Source: an uncultured Arcobacteraceae bacterium (GTDB taxonomy: Bacteria > Campylobacterota > Campylobacteria > Campylobacterales > Arcobacteraceae). Taken from it: a DNA stretch of 64,000 nucleotides. The stretch is from positions 32,001 through 96,000 of the forward strand of contig CAXHZO010000005.1 of NCBI GenBank assembly GCA_964022095.1, given 5' to 3'. Every line of letters begins with the position of its first letter. Position 1 is the stretch's first letter. The position numbers were made by a program, and so were the translations under genes. Positions 17,727 to 30,061 of this stretch are shown here, one piece after another. The notes below the pieces were generated by a model. It saw nothing but the letters and a program-made list of their open reading frames with translations, had not been told where the DNA came from and made no database searches.

Positions 17727-19019
17727 ATGAAAAAATTACTACTAGCTTCATCTATTGCACTTTTATTATCTCAATCTTTATTTGCAAAAGAAGAAGTTCA
17801 AGAAGAACAAACAAGATTCGAATCATTATCAAAATTAACAAAAGTTATTGGAACTGTTGAAAAATATTATGTAGATGATATTAAACTTCAAGAGATTGTT
17901 GATAAAGCTTTAAAAGGTTTAATGCAAGAGCTTGATGCACACTCTAGCTTTTTAGATAAAAAGTCTTCAAAAGAGATGAGTATTCAAACTAAAGGTGAGT
18001 TTGGTGGCTTAGGTATTACTGTTGGTATGAGAGATGGCGCTTTAACTGTTATTTCCCCAATTGATGATACTCCAGCATTTGAAGCAGGGATAAAGTCATC
18101 AGATATTATCTTGAAAATCGATGATAAGGCTACTTTAAACATGACTTTAGATGAAGCTGTATCTTTAATGAGAGGTAAGCCAAATACTGATATTTATTTA
18201 ACTATTGTTAGAAAAGGTAATAACAAACCTTTAAAAATTAAAATTACAAGAGATATTATTAAAATTCAATCTGTATTTGCTAAAAAGATTGAAGATGAAA
18301 ACTTATTATACTTAAGAGTTTCTAGTTTTGATAGTAAGGTAACAGCTGGATTAGAAGATGCTATTGAAAATAACCCAAAAGTAGATGGAATTATTTTAGA
18401 CCTAAGAAACAATCCAGGGGGATTATTATCTCAAGCTATTGGAGTAACTGATTTATTTGTTGATAAGGGTGTTATTGTTTCTCAAAAAGGAAAAGATCAA
18501 GATAGCGAAGAAAAATTTGAAGCTACTAGTAGAGCTACAATGAGTAAAAAGCCATTAGTTGTTTTAGTAAACGGCGGATCTGCTTCAGCTTCAGAAATTG
18601 TAAGTGGTGCACTTCAAGATCATAAAAGAGCCATTCTTATTGGACAAAAAACTTTTGGTAAAGGTTCAGTGCAAGCGGTACTTCCAATTGATAATAATAG
18701 AACAGAAAATATTAAATTAACAATTGCAAAATATTACTTACCAAGTGGTAGAACAATCCAAGCAACGGGAGTAACTCCAGATATTATAGCAGCTGCAGGA
18801 AAAGTAACTGTTGAAGAAAATAACGAGTTTAAAATCAAAGAAGCTGACCTTAAAAAGCATTTAGAAGTTGAGCTTGAAAAAGTTGATGGTGAAAAAGCGC
18901 AAGAAAAAAAGATTGAAAAAGAGAATAAAAAAATCATTACAAAAGATGATGTTTTAGAAGACAATCAATTAAATACTTCAATTGCAATTTTAAAAAGTTT
19001 AATAATAATGAATAAATAA
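17727..19019 (+). CDS. ctpA: S41 carboxyl-terminal processing protease
   Basis: GEFGGLGI (PDZ), LDLRNNPGGLL, SASASEI, TFGKGSVQ. Confidence 0.94.
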   Translation: MKKLLLASSIALLLSQSLFAKEEVQEEQTRFESLSKLTKVIGTVEKYYVDDIKLQEIVDKALKGLMQELDAHSSFLDKKSSKEMSIQTKGEFGGLGITVGMRDGALTVISPIDDTPAFEAGIKSSDIILKIDDKATLNMTLDEAVSLMRGKPNTDIYLTIVRKGNNKPLKIKITRDIIKIQSVFAKKIEDENLLYLRVSSFDSKVTAGLEDAIENNPKVDGIILDLRNNPGGLLSQAIGVTDLFVDKGVIVSQKGKDQDSEEKFEATSRATMSKKPLVVLVNGGSASASEIVSGALQDHKRAILIGQKTFGKGSVQAVLPIDNNRTENIKLTIAKYYLPSGRTIQATGVTPDIIAAAGKVTVEENNEFKIKEADLKKHLEVELEKVDGEKAQEKKIEKENKKIITKDDVLEDNQLNTSIAILKSLIIMNK

Positions 19020-19030
19020 TAGGAGACTAA

Positions 19031-19984
19031 ATGAATATAAGCAAAATCGTTGAGCTTGGTTTATGGCCAGAATCAAAAAAAACTACTACTCAAAAAGGTA
19101 TAGCAGAACTTGAAGATCAAGGTTATAACTTATTTTATATTGGGAAAAATGCTGACCTATATACTTGTCCAGGTGATGAGGCTAAAGTTTTATTAGTTAG
19201 AAGTGATAGATGTTCAGTTTTTGATATTCCTTTAAATTTAGAAATAGAAGGAAAAGGTGTTTCTCAAACAGCTATTTCTAATAATGGTGCAGCGTTTGCT
19301 AAAGAGTCAGGAATTAAAACAGCAATTTTAGATGAAACTATAAATAGTAGTTTAAGTATTGCTCCAAGATGTCAGTTTATGGAACTTTGTAAACCTTTAG
19401 AAGCTGAAATTGATGGTGATGTTGTTCAGTTTGAGTTTATTTTTAGAAACTACCTAACTGGTTCATTATATGATGCTTGTCAAAATGGAAATGATCCTTA
19501 TGGTTTAGAACTAACTTCTGATTTACCACAATGGCACAAATTTGAAACACCAATTTTTACTCCAACTACAAAAGGGATTAAAGATGAACCTTTAAACTCA
19601 GCAGTTGTTAGAAAACAGTTCCCTGAAATTATTTCAAGTATGGAAAAACTATTTAAAGATTACACACAATTTGCATTAGATAATGGAATTGTAATAGTTG
19701 ATACTAAATTTGAAATATTCATTAATTCAAAAGGTGAATGGGTTTTAGGTGACGAAGTTTTAACTCCAGAGAGTTCAAGATTTATTTCAAAAGAGGATTT
19801 TGATTCACAAAATTATATCTCAATGGATAAACAAATCTTAAGAGATTTTGGTAAGTCTGAAAACTGGAAAGAAAAAGCAAAAGCTTTAGCAGCTGGTGAA
19901 AAACTAGAGGTAAATGTTCCACAAGAAATCAAAGATAAAATTTTAAGTGGTTATACAACTATTTTAAATAGATTAAGTAAATAA
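19031..19984 (+). CDS. purC: SAICAR synthase (long form)
   Basis: SDRCSVFD, RNYLTGS, IFTPTTK, DTKFE, DEVLTPESSRF, DKQILRD; next to purSQ. Confidence 0.9.
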   Translation: MNISKIVELGLWPESKKTTTQKGIAELEDQGYNLFYIGKNADLYTCPGDEAKVLLVRSDRCSVFDIPLNLEIEGKGVSQTAISNNGAAFAKESGIKTAILDETINSSLSIAPRCQFMELCKPLEAEIDGDVVQFEFIFRNYLTGSLYDACQNGNDPYGLELTSDLPQWHKFETPIFTPTTKGIKDEPLNSAVVRKQFPEIISSMEKLFKDYTQFALDNGIVIVDTKFEIFINSKGEWVLGDEVLTPESSRFISKEDFDSQNYISMDKQILRDFGKSENWKEKAKALAAGEKLEVNVPQEIKDKILSGYTTILNRLSK

Positions 19985-20051
19985 AAAACTATATCTAAAT
20001 TGCTAAGGCATTTTTAGATATAATCGCAAAAATATTAATTGAAGGTAATAA

Positions 20052-20297
20052 ATGAAAGCAATAGTAAATGTAGCATTAAAACAAGGTGTACTTGATGATC
20101 AAGGTAAAGCAACTCACCACGCATTAGATACTTTAGGTTTTAAAGATGTTGTAAAAGATGTGAGAATTGGTAAACAAATCATTCTTGAACTTAACTCAAC
20201 TAATGAAACTGAAGCAAAAGATGAAGTAGTTAAAATGTGTGAAAAGTTATTAGCTAATACAGTTATTGAAGATTACGATATAGAAATAGTAGGTTAA
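20052..20297 (+). CDS. purS: FGAM synthase subunit PurS
   Basis: LKQGVLDDQG, VRIGK, LLANTVIEDY. Confidence 0.96.
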   Translation: MKAIVNVALKQGVLDDQGKATHHALDTLGFKDVVKDVRIGKQIILELNSTNETEAKDEVVKMCEKLLANTVIEDYDIEIVG

Positions 20298-20298
20298 T

Positions 20299-20970
20299 AT
20301 GAAAATTGCAGTATTACAATTTCCTGGAACAAACTGTGAATATGATACAAAGTATGCATTTGAAAAAATTGGTGCTGATGTTGAAATTATATGGCATAAA
20401 GAGAAAAATATTCCTGCAGATACAGATTTACTAGTTATCCCTGGTGGTTTCTCTTATGGTGATTACTTAAGAAGTGGTGCAATTGCTAGATTTGCAAATA
20501 TTATGAACTCTGTTCAAGAATATGCTGCAAATGGAGGTAAGGTACTAGGAATTTGTAATGGATTTCAAATTCTTTTAGAAGCTGGTTTATTACCTGGAGC
20601 TATGAAAAGAAATGATTCTTTACACTTTATTTCAAAATATAACAACTTAAAAGTAATGTCAAATGATAACTCATTTTTATCTTTAATGAAAAAAGAGGAA
20701 GTAGTAAATATTCCAGTTGCACATCATGATGGAAACTACTTTATTGATAGTAAAGGCTTAAGACAGTTAGAAGAGAATGATCAAATTCTTTTAAAATACT
20801 GTGATGAAGAAGGAACTGTTGAAAACTTAAATGGTTCAGTTTCAAATATTGCAGGAATTTGTAATAAAGAGAAAAATGTATTTGGTTTAATGCCTCACCC
20901 AGAAAGAGCTATGGAAGAACTTTTAGGATGTGATGATGGAGTTAGAATGCTAAAAGGTTTCTTACAATAA
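20299..20970 (+). CDS. purQ: FGAM synthase glutaminase subunit
   Basis: FPGTNC, GGFSYGDYLRSG, GICNGFQIL, MPHPER. Confidence 0.97.
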   Translation: MKIAVLQFPGTNCEYDTKYAFEKIGADVEIIWHKEKNIPADTDLLVIPGGFSYGDYLRSGAIARFANIMNSVQEYAANGGKVLGICNGFQILLEAGLLPGAMKRNDSLHFISKYNNLKVMSNDNSFLSLMKKEEVVNIPVAHHDGNYFIDSKGLRQLEENDQILLKYCDEEGTVENLNGSVSNIAGICNKEKNVFGLMPHPERAMEELLGCDDGVRMLKGFLQ

Positions 20971-21004
20971 AGAGATAGGTAACTATCTCTTTAGAAGTTT
21001 AGTT

Positions 21005-22075
21005 ATGAAAAAACTAGCAATATCAATAATTTTATTTAATATTTTTTTATCATTAAATCTATTTGCTGCTAAAAATTTATATGTATCTTACAAAAATGTT
21101 CCCTCAAAAGTTTATAAAAATCAAAGATTTGAAGTTGTTGTAAAAGCTTTAATTACAACAAATAGTTTTGATTATCTATCAAGCTCATTTTCAAAATCAA
21201 AAAATGTGAAACTGCTAAACCCAAAAAGTAAATGGGATAAGATATCAAATGATGTTTATGAAAATAGGTACATATTTAAAGTTGGAGAAGGTAGTTTTAC
21301 TTTACCTAGAATTAGTGTTAAATTAATAAAAAACTCAAGTGCAATTGATGTAAGTACATTAGGCTCACCTTCAATTAGTTACTCAAATATAGCTGTTGGT
21401 GATGGTAGATTCTCAGGTGTGATCGCAGATGATTTTGTACTAAAAGCTTATAAAACAAAACAGTATAACAATAATGATGCTTTAACAATAATTGATGTTG
21501 AAGGTGTAAACTCAAATTTAGAAAATTTTAAGATCAAAGATATTCAAGAACAAGGCATATCAGATTTAAAAGATGAATTCACTAATCAAAATCTTGTGTA
21601 CTATTTTGTAACTCCAGTTCATCAAAAAAAGATGGTTATTACTTATTATAATTCAAAACTAAAAAGTTTTAAAGATGTTACAATTCCTTTAGTTTTACAA
21701 AATGAATTAGTAAGTACTCAAACAGATCTTAATCCAAATGATTCAAGCTTTGAAAAATACAAAAAAATTGCAGTTGTAGTTTTATTTTTAATTGCACTTG
21801 CTTTATATATTTGGAAAAGAAAAAAGTTTTTATTAGTAATTGCAGTAATTCTATTTATTATAAGTGCAATATATTTAATGCCAAATCAAACAGGAATTGT
21901 GAAAAAAGATTCATATATTTATATATTACCAACAAAAAATTCTACAATTTTCTTTAAACTAGATAATTCTCAAAAAGTTGAAAAACTACAAGAGAGAAAT
22001 GGTTTTATAAAAGTTATAGGTATTGATAATAAGTTTATAGGATGGGTGAAGGAAGATAGCTTTGGCAAGAATTAG
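21005..22075 (+). CDS. exported BatD-like protein with C-terminal SH3-like domain
   Basis: Signal peptide, two C-proximal TMs, ILPTKNST...IGWVK. Confidence 0.65.
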   Translation: MKKLAISIILFNIFLSLNLFAAKNLYVSYKNVPSKVYKNQRFEVVVKALITTNSFDYLSSSFSKSKNVKLLNPKSKWDKISNDVYENRYIFKVGEGSFTLPRISVKLIKNSSAIDVSTLGSPSISYSNIAVGDGRFSGVIADDFVLKAYKTKQYNNNDALTIIDVEGVNSNLENFKIKDIQEQGISDLKDEFTNQNLVYYFVTPVHQKKMVITYYNSKLKSFKDVTIPLVLQNELVSTQTDLNPNDSSFEKYKKIAVVVLFLIALALYIWKRKKFLLVIAVILFIISAIYLMPNQTGIVKKDSYIYILPTKNSTIFFKLDNSQKVEKLQERNGFIKVIGIDNKFIGWVKEDSFGKN

Positions 22076-22748
22076 AGGAATAATACTTTTTATACAATTT
22101 ACTATTACAGTTGCAATTACAGTTGTATGTATGTATTTATTTAGAAACCATACTCACAAAGTAATAAAAATTTGGATGACTTTCCAAATGAAAGTTTTAG
22201 GTATAAAACTTCAAACTGAAGGTAAGTTAGATGAGTCCTGTGATATGGTTCTTATGAATCATCAATCGTTACTTGATATTATTGTTATGGAGTACATCCA
22301 TTCAAGAGATTTAGCTTGGGTTGCAAAAAAAGAGATTGCAGATTTATTTTTCTTTGGACACATTATTAAAGCACCTAGAATGATTAGTATAGATAGAGAA
22401 AACAAAGCTGGAATTATTACTTTAATAAAAGAAACACGAGATAGACTTGATAAAGGTAGACCAATTGCAATGTTCCCTGAAGGAACAAGAAGTGATGGTA
22501 CAAAAATGCTTAAGTTTAAAGCTGGTGCTAAAATGGTTGCTAATAAACATAAACTAAAAGTACAACCAGTAGTTATTTTTAATACTAGAAATATTGTGGA
22601 TTCTAAAGCTTTAAAAGCAAATCCAGGTGTTGTAAAGGTTGTATTTTTAGATCCAATACAAGCTGATAAATCAACTGATTGGTTTGAACAAACAGAAATT
22701 AAAATGAACGAAGTCTTCAATAAAGAGTATAAAAACTATGTCTCTTAG
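22062..22748 (+). CDS. plsC: 1-acyl-sn-glycerol-3-phosphate acyltransferase
   Basis: NHQSLLDI, IDR, FPEGTRS. Confidence 0.92.
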   Translation: MARIRGIILFIQFTITVAITVVCMYLFRNHTHKVIKIWMTFQMKVLGIKLQTEGKLDESCDMVLMNHQSLLDIIVMEYIHSRDLAWVAKKEIADLFFFGHIIKAPRMISIDRENKAGIITLIKETRDRLDKGRPIAMFPEGTRSDGTKMLKFKAGAKMVANKHKLKVQPVVIFNTRNIVDSKALKANPGVVKVVFLDPIQADKSTDWFEQTEIKMNEVFNKEYKNYVS

Positions 22749-23124
22749 TTGGCAAACACTATTAGCAATTGGGCTTGGAGGATTTCTAGGTGCAGTTGCA
22801 AGGGCATATAGTGTTCATCTATCTAATAAATACATACCTTTAGAGTTTCCAGTTGGAATTTTAATTGTAAATTTAATTGGCTCATTTATAATTGGCTTAT
22901 TATTTGCTTATTTTGCACATGTTACAGTTGGTGCAAATATAAAAGCTTTTTTAACTACAGGTTTTTTAGGAGCTTTAACTACATATTCAACATTTGCTAT
23001 TGAGTCATATTTACTATTTGGAACATCTATTTATTTAGCAATTACAAATATGGCATTAAACTTATTTGGTACTATTATTGCTGCTGGTAGTGGCTATAAA
23101 TTAGTACAATTTTTTCTAAAATAA
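22738..23124 (+). CDS. crcB: fluoride efflux channel Fluc
   Basis: GGFLGAVAR, GFLGALTTYSTF. Confidence 0.95.
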   Translation: MSLSWQTLLAIGLGGFLGAVARAYSVHLSNKYIPLEFPVGILIVNLIGSFIIGLLFAYFAHVTVGANIKAFLTTGFLGALTTYSTFAIESYLLFGTSIYLAITNMALNLFGTIIAAGSGYKLVQFFLK

Positions 23125-23191
23125 ATCACAAAAATTTTTTTAAGCATTAAGTAGTTATAATATTTGTTAAAAATTATAACAAGGATGTCTC

Positions 23192-23422
23192 ATGGGTATG
23201 CCAGGCGGTATGGAATGGATTTTAATTGCATTAGTAGTATTATTACTATTTGGTGGTAAGAAAATACCAGAATTAGCAAAAGGTTTAGGTTCAGGGATTA
23301 AGAACTTCAAAAAAGCAGTTAAAGATGATGAAGAAGAAGTAGCTGAAAATAAAAAAGCAGACGAATTAGAGAAAAAAGCTGAAACTACTGAATCTGAAAA
23401 AAACGACACTAAAACAGTATAA
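23192..23422 (+). CDS. tatA: Tat translocase TatA/E
   Basis: [24 protein letters not shown]. Confidence 0.96.
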   Translation: MGMPGGMEWILIALVVLLLFGGKKIPELAKGLGSGIKNFKKAVKDDEEEVAENKKADELEKKAETTESEKNDTKTV

Positions 23423-23431
23423 GAGAAGAGA

Positions 23432-25021
23432 TTGCAAAATTTAGTTAAAAATTATATTGAAGAAATATTAGAAACTAGTGTAGTTTTAGAAAAACCAAAA
23501 GATATCTCTTTTGGTCACTACGCTACTCCTGTAGCATTCTCTTTAGCAAAAGAGTTTAGAAAATCTCCAATGATTATTGCAGATGAGTTAGCTTCGAAAT
23601 TTGCTGATTCTACAATGTTTGAAAAAGTTGAAGCTGTTAAAGGCTTTATTAACTTTAAACTATCAAACTCTTTTTTAGAAAGTTTAGTAAATGACTCATT
23701 AAGTAATGAATCAACTTTTGCTAAAGGTGAAAAAAAAGATGAGAAAATTCTTTTAGAATATGTATCTGCAAACCCTACTGGTCCTTTACATATAGGACAC
23801 GCAAGGGGAGCGATAAATGGTGATAGCATTGCAAGAGTTGGAAAACATTTAGGTTATGATATTACTACAGAGTATTATGTAAATGATGCTGGTGCTCAAA
23901 TGGATTTATTAGGTCTTTCTGTATCTTTAGCAGCTAGAGACTTTATTTTAAATGAAGACGTTGACTATCCTGAAACATACTATAGAGGTGATTACTTAAT
24001 TGATATTGCAAAAGTAGTTATTGAAAAATTTGGTCAAGATATTATTTATGATGAATCAAAATATAAAGAGATTGCTTTTTTTGCAAAAGATTTAGTAATG
24101 GACATTATTGTTAAAGATTTAAAAGATTTAGGAGTAGAGTTTGATAACTTCGTTTCTGAAAAGTCTTTATATGATAAATGGGATGAAATAAAAACTATTT
24201 TAGAAAACAACGGTTCATTATATGAAAAAGATGAAAAGATTTTCTTAAGATCAACAGAACATGGAGATGACTCAGATAGAGTTGTAGTTAGAGATAATGG
24301 AATTCCTACATATTTAGCAGGTGATATTATTTACCATAAAAATAAATATGATAGATCATATGATAAGTATATAAATATTTGGGGTGCAGATCACCATGGA
24401 TATATCTCAAGAGTAAAAGCTGCAATTAAATTTTGTGGAAATGATTCAGATAAATTAGAAGTACTTTTATCTCAAATGGTTCAGTTACTAAAAGGTGGAG
24501 AACCTTATAAAATGAGTAAAAGAGCTGGTAATGTGATTTTAATGTCTGATGTTACAGAAGAGATTGGTCCTGATGCATTAAGATTTATCTTTTTAACAAG
24601 AAAGAGTGATACTCATTTAGAGTTTGATATTGATATGCTTAAAAATCAAGATTCATCAAATCCAATTTTTTATATAAATTATGCACATGCTAGAATTAAT
24701 CAAGTATTTAAAAAAGCTGAATTAAACTTAGATGATGTAATGAATGAAAACTTTGAGAATCTTAACCAAGATGGTTTAAATTTAGTTTATGAGTCATTGT
24801 TATTACAATCTGTTTTACATGAAGCATTTTCAAAAAGAGAAATGCAAAAAGTAACTGAATATTTAAATTCACTTGCATCTTCTGTGCATAAATTCTATAA
24901 TGAATATAAAGTTATAGGTAGTGATGAACAAAATCAATACTTAAAAGTTTTAAGTATGGCAGCACTTAGTATTAGAACAGGTTTAAATATTTTAGGAATA
25001 AAAGCTAAGGAGGTTATGTAA
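23432..25021 (+). CDS. argS: arginine--tRNA ligase
   Basis: EYVSANPTGPLHIGH, WGADHHGY, KMSKRAG, YINYAHAR. Confidence 0.97.
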   Translation: MQNLVKNYIEEILETSVVLEKPKDISFGHYATPVAFSLAKEFRKSPMIIADELASKFADSTMFEKVEAVKGFINFKLSNSFLESLVNDSLSNESTFAKGEKKDEKILLEYVSANPTGPLHIGHARGAINGDSIARVGKHLGYDITTEYYVNDAGAQMDLLGLSVSLAARDFILNEDVDYPETYYRGDYLIDIAKVVIEKFGQDIIYDESKYKEIAFFAKDLVMDIIVKDLKDLGVEFDNFVSEKSLYDKWDEIKTILENNGSLYEKDEKIFLRSTEHGDDSDRVVVRDNGIPTYLAGDIIYHKNKYDRSYDKYINIWGADHHGYISRVKAAIKFCGNDSDKLEVLLSQMVQLLKGGEPYKMSKRAGNVILMSDVTEEIGPDALRFIFLTRKSDTHLEFDIDMLKNQDSSNPIFYINYAHARINQVFKKAELNLDDVMNENFENLNQDGLNLVYESLLLQSVLHEAFSKREMQKVTEYLNSLASSVHKFYNEYKVIGSDEQNQYLKVLSMAALSIRTGLNILGIKAKEVM

Positions 25022-25140
25022 TGAAATGGGCAATAATTATATTAGCATTAATCGTAGGATACGCAATTTGGACAGGTAATATGGGTGGTGCTCAAGATGC
25101 AGCAGCCAATTATAATAAAGTATTAAGACCAGGGCAGTAA
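25021..25140 (+). CDS. 39-aa small membrane protein (not in ORF track)
   Basis: TAATG overlap with argS stop, SD AAGGAGG, MKWAIIILALIVGYAIWTGNMGGAQDAAANYNKVLRPGQ. Confidence 0.75.
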   Translation: MKWAIIILALIVGYAIWTGNMGGAQDAAANYNKVLRPGQ

Positions 25141-25143
25141 AGT

Positions 25144-25473
25144 TTAACTTTCTGCTCTGTTATTTAATTGACTTAAAAAATCTTCTATAGTGTATTTTTT
25201 TCTATGACCTTCACTCATTAAGTGAATAAATACATCACCTAAATCACAAATAGTCCAGTTGTCATCTTCTTCAACTCTAACAAACTCTTCACCCATAGGT
25301 TTTAAATCGTTCTTTAAATAAGTTAATAACGCAATACCATGCTTAGGGTTTAAAGTTGTTGCTATAACAACATAATCAACAATATAATCTTTGTCTCTTA
25401 CATCAATTATTTCAATATCTTCAGCTTTCTTATCATCTAAAATGTCTCTAATCTTTTCTATTCTTTTATCCAA
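25144..25473 (-). CDS. rsfS: ribosome silencing factor
   Basis: DDKKAEDI, W.ICDLGDVFIHLM, Y.IE; downstream of nadD. Confidence 0.92.
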   Translation of the reverse strand: MDKRIEKIRDILDDKKAEDIEIIDVRDKDYIVDYVVIATTLNPKHGIALLTYLKNDLKPMGEEFVRVEEDDNWTICDLGDVFIHLMSEGHRKKYTIEDFLSQLNNRAES

Positions 25474-25485
25474 AAGTTTTTACCT

Positions 25486-26031
25486 TTATTTGTTTTGTTT
25501 TTCAAGATCTAAAATCTCATTTTTTATCTCACTAGGAATGAAGTCTAAATCAAGTTTTTCTCTTAACTGAGAAGAACTTATATTTATATCAATATTTAGT
25601 GTTTGAAACTCTTTTGCTTTTTCTAAATTATAACCATTTCTAGTCGCAACTACAAACTCAACTAGTGTTTTTAACTCTTCTATATTGCTCCATTTATCTA
25701 AATGCTCTAAATTATCAGCACCAATTATAAAATATATTTTTGATGCATTGAATTTTTCTTTTAGATATTTTACTGTTTCAATGGAGTATGTGGCTTTGTT
25801 TTTTCTGATTTCATAGTCACAAACTTCAACATTAGTAAAGTTTTTAAAAACTTTTTTTAATAGTTCAAATCTAGTTTCTGGTTCAATTTTAAAGCTATTT
25901 TTAAAAGGGTTTAAATATGTAGGAACTACAAAAATTTTTTCTATTTGTAGCTTCTGTAATGCATTATTTACAATAGCCACATGTGCTAAATGAATAGGAT
26001 CAAAACTGCCACCAAATATCGCAATATGCAC
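25486..26031 (-). CDS. nadD: nicotinate-nucleotide adenylyltransferase
   Basis: FGGSFDPIHLAH, IIGAD, ISSSQLR. Confidence 0.95.
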   Translation of the reverse strand: MHIAIFGGSFDPIHLAHVAIVNNALQKLQIEKIFVVPTYLNPFKNSFKIEPETRFELLKKVFKNFTNVEVCDYEIRKNKATYSIETVKYLKEKFNASKIYFIIGADNLEHLDKWSNIEELKTLVEFVVATRNGYNLEKAKEFQTLNIDINISSSQLREKLDLDFIPSEIKNEILDLEKQNK

Positions 26032-26122
26032 TTACTTAAAACCTTTATGAATATACTTAAATAATATTATAGCAATTTTTGGATAAAATATCTACCATTA
26101 GATTTACAATAAAGGGAAAAAA

Positions 26123-27118
26123 ATGGCTGTTAAGGTTGCAATAAACGGTTTAGGAAGAATTGGAAGATGTGTTGCAAAGATTGTTGCAAGTAAAGAGGAA
26201 GTGGAATTAGTTGCAGTAAATGCAAGTGGTAGTGAAGAAATGCTTCAATATAACCTTAGATATGACACAGTTCATGGTCCTAGACAAGATATTAAAGTTG
26301 AAGATGGATACTTACATATTGGTAATGATAAAGCAAAAATTATTAGTGAAAGAGATCCAGCAAAAATCGACTTTGCTTCTTTAGGAGCTGAAGTAGTTTA
26401 TGAATGTACAGGAGCATTTTTAACTCAAGAGTCTGTACAAGCATACATTGATAATGGAATTAAAAAAGTTGTAATGAGTGCACCTGCAAAAGATGATACT
26501 CCAACATTTGTATTAGGTGCAAATGAAGATACATATGCAGGTCAAGCAATTGTTTCAAATGCTTCTTGTACAACAAATGGTTTAGCACCAGTTGCTAGAG
26601 TACTTGATGATGCTTTTGGAATTGAAAAAGGTTTAATGACTACAATTCACTCTTATACTTCATCTCAACCAATCTTAGATGGTAAAGACAAAAAAGATCC
26701 AAGAAAAGGAAGAGCAGGAGCTACAAACTTAATTCCAGCAAGTACAGGTGCAGCTAAAGCAATTGGAAAAGTAATGCCTCACTTAAATGGAAAATTAAAT
26801 GGTCAAGCAATTAGAGTTCCAACTCCAAATGTTTCTTTAGTTGATTTAACAGTTACTTTAAGCAAAGAGGTTTCTTTAGAAGAAGTGATCGCTGAGTTTA
26901 GAAATGCTGCAGAAGGTAAACTAAAAGGAATTTTAGGTGTTGATGAAGAAGGTAGAGTTAGTTCAGACTTCATAGGTGAGTCTTTATCTACAGTTGTTCC
27001 AGTTGATACAATTCAAGTTATTGAAGGAAATATGGTAAAAGTACTTTCATGGTATGACAATGAGTGGGGATACTCTACAAGACTTGTAGAAATGGGTATT
27101 CACATAGCAAGTAAATAA
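26123..27118 (+). CDS. gap: glyceraldehyde-3-phosphate dehydrogenase
   Basis: INGLGRIGR, SNASCTTN, WYDNEWGYS. Confidence 0.97.
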   Translation: MAVKVAINGLGRIGRCVAKIVASKEEVELVAVNASGSEEMLQYNLRYDTVHGPRQDIKVEDGYLHIGNDKAKIISERDPAKIDFASLGAEVVYECTGAFLTQESVQAYIDNGIKKVVMSAPAKDDTPTFVLGANEDTYAGQAIVSNASCTTNGLAPVARVLDDAFGIEKGLMTTIHSYTSSQPILDGKDKKDPRKGRAGATNLIPASTGAAKAIGKVMPHLNGKLNGQAIRVPTPNVSLVDLTVTLSKEVSLEEVIAEFRNAAEGKLKGILGVDEEGRVSSDFIGESLSTVVPVDTIQVIEGNMVKVLSWYDNEWGYSTRLVEMGIHIASK

Positions 27119-27137
27119 TTTTAATTAAGGAAGCAAT

Positions 27138-28334
27138 TTGAAATTACAAGAGATTAAAAATATTGATATAACTGGTAAAAAAGTTTTTATTAGATGTGAC
27201 TTTAACGTACCAATGGATGAGTATAGAAATATCACTGATGATAGAAGAATTAGAAGTGCGTTAAATACAATTAGATACTGTATTGACAATGATTGTTCTA
27301 TTATTTTAGCATCACATTTTGGTAGACCAAAAAATGGTTTTGAAGATGAATTCTCTTTAAAACCAATTGCAAAAAGATTACATACTTTATTAAAACAAGA
27401 GATTAAAATGGCTCCTGGAATTGTAGATGAAGAGTCTTTAAAAATGGCTAGTGAACTACAAACAGGTGATATTTTATTATTAGAAAATATGAGATTTGAT
27501 GAAGGTGAAACAAAAAACAATGAAGAGTTAAGTGCTAAATTGGCTTCTATGGCTGATGTTTATATTAATGATGCATTTGGTGTTTCTCATAGAGCTCATT
27601 CATCTGTTGAAGGTATTGCACAACATTTTGATATTGAACATAAAGCAGCTGGATTTTTATTAGCAAAAGAGATTAAATTTTTCCATCATATTGTTCATAA
27701 TCCAAAAAGACCATTTGTATCAATTGTAGGTGGTTCAAAAGTTTCTGGAAAACTAGAAGCACTTTATAATCTTGTACCAAAAGTAGATAAAATCTTAATT
27801 GGTGGAGGAATGGCATTTACATTTTTAAAAGCATTAGGTCATGAAGTTGGTAATTCATTAGTTGAAGAAGAATTAATTCCTGAAGCTATTAAAATCATGG
27901 ATGAAGCAAAAGAACTAGGTGTTAAACTTTATTTACCAGTTGATGTTGTTGTTGCTGAAGCTTTCGATTCAGAAGCAATTGCAAAACACGTAACAGTTCA
28001 AGAAATGCCTAAAAATTGGATGGGGTTAGATATTGGACCTGCCTCAGCTCAACTTTTCTCATTAGCATTAAGAGATGCAAATACAATTTTATGGAATGGA
28101 CCAATGGGTGTTTATGAAATGGATAAGTTTGCAAAAGGAAGTACTAAAATTTCTCATGCAGTTGCAAGTTCATTTGCTACAACTGTTGTTGGTGGTGGAG
28201 ATACTGCTGACTTAGTTAGAGTAACTGGTGATGAAGATGAGATGACATTTATTTCTACTGGTGGTGGAGCTTCTTTAGAGCTAATTGAAGGTAAAGTATT
28301 ACCAGGTGTTAAAGCACTAATTATAGAGGAATAA
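27138..28334 (+). CDS. pgk: phosphoglycerate kinase
   Basis: [29 protein letters not shown]. Confidence 0.97.
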   Translation: MKLQEIKNIDITGKKVFIRCDFNVPMDEYRNITDDRRIRSALNTIRYCIDNDCSIILASHFGRPKNGFEDEFSLKPIAKRLHTLLKQEIKMAPGIVDEESLKMASELQTGDILLLENMRFDEGETKNNEELSAKLASMADVYINDAFGVSHRAHSSVEGIAQHFDIEHKAAGFLLAKEIKFFHHIVHNPKRPFVSIVGGSKVSGKLEALYNLVPKVDKILIGGGMAFTFLKALGHEVGNSLVEEELIPEAIKIMDEAKELGVKLYLPVDVVVAEAFDSEAIAKHVTVQEMPKNWMGLDIGPASAQLFSLALRDANTILWNGPMGVYEMDKFAKGSTKISHAVASSFATTVVGGGDTADLVRVTGDEDEMTFISTGGGASLELIEGKVLPGVKALIIEE

Positions 28335-28339
28335 TATTT

Positions 28340-29988
<1,649 letters not shown>

Positions 29989-30061
29989 ATTGTTATAAAA
30001 AGTTTTAAATTTGAATTTTCAGAATTTAGATTTAAAATTTTAAATAGAGTATAGGAAAAAA

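Noticed and set aside
22680-22740. Fluoride riboswitch before crcB
   Set aside because: crcB overlaps plsC, leaving no leader, and no motif is visible
23810-23824. GCGAT-AAATG-GTGAT inside argS and other single GCGAT hits
   Set aside because: Within coding sequence, with wrong spacing or unpaired
29989-30061. Lysine riboswitch upstream of lysA
   Set aside because: Only an AT-rich imperfect hairpin; too short and lacks recognisable L-box elements
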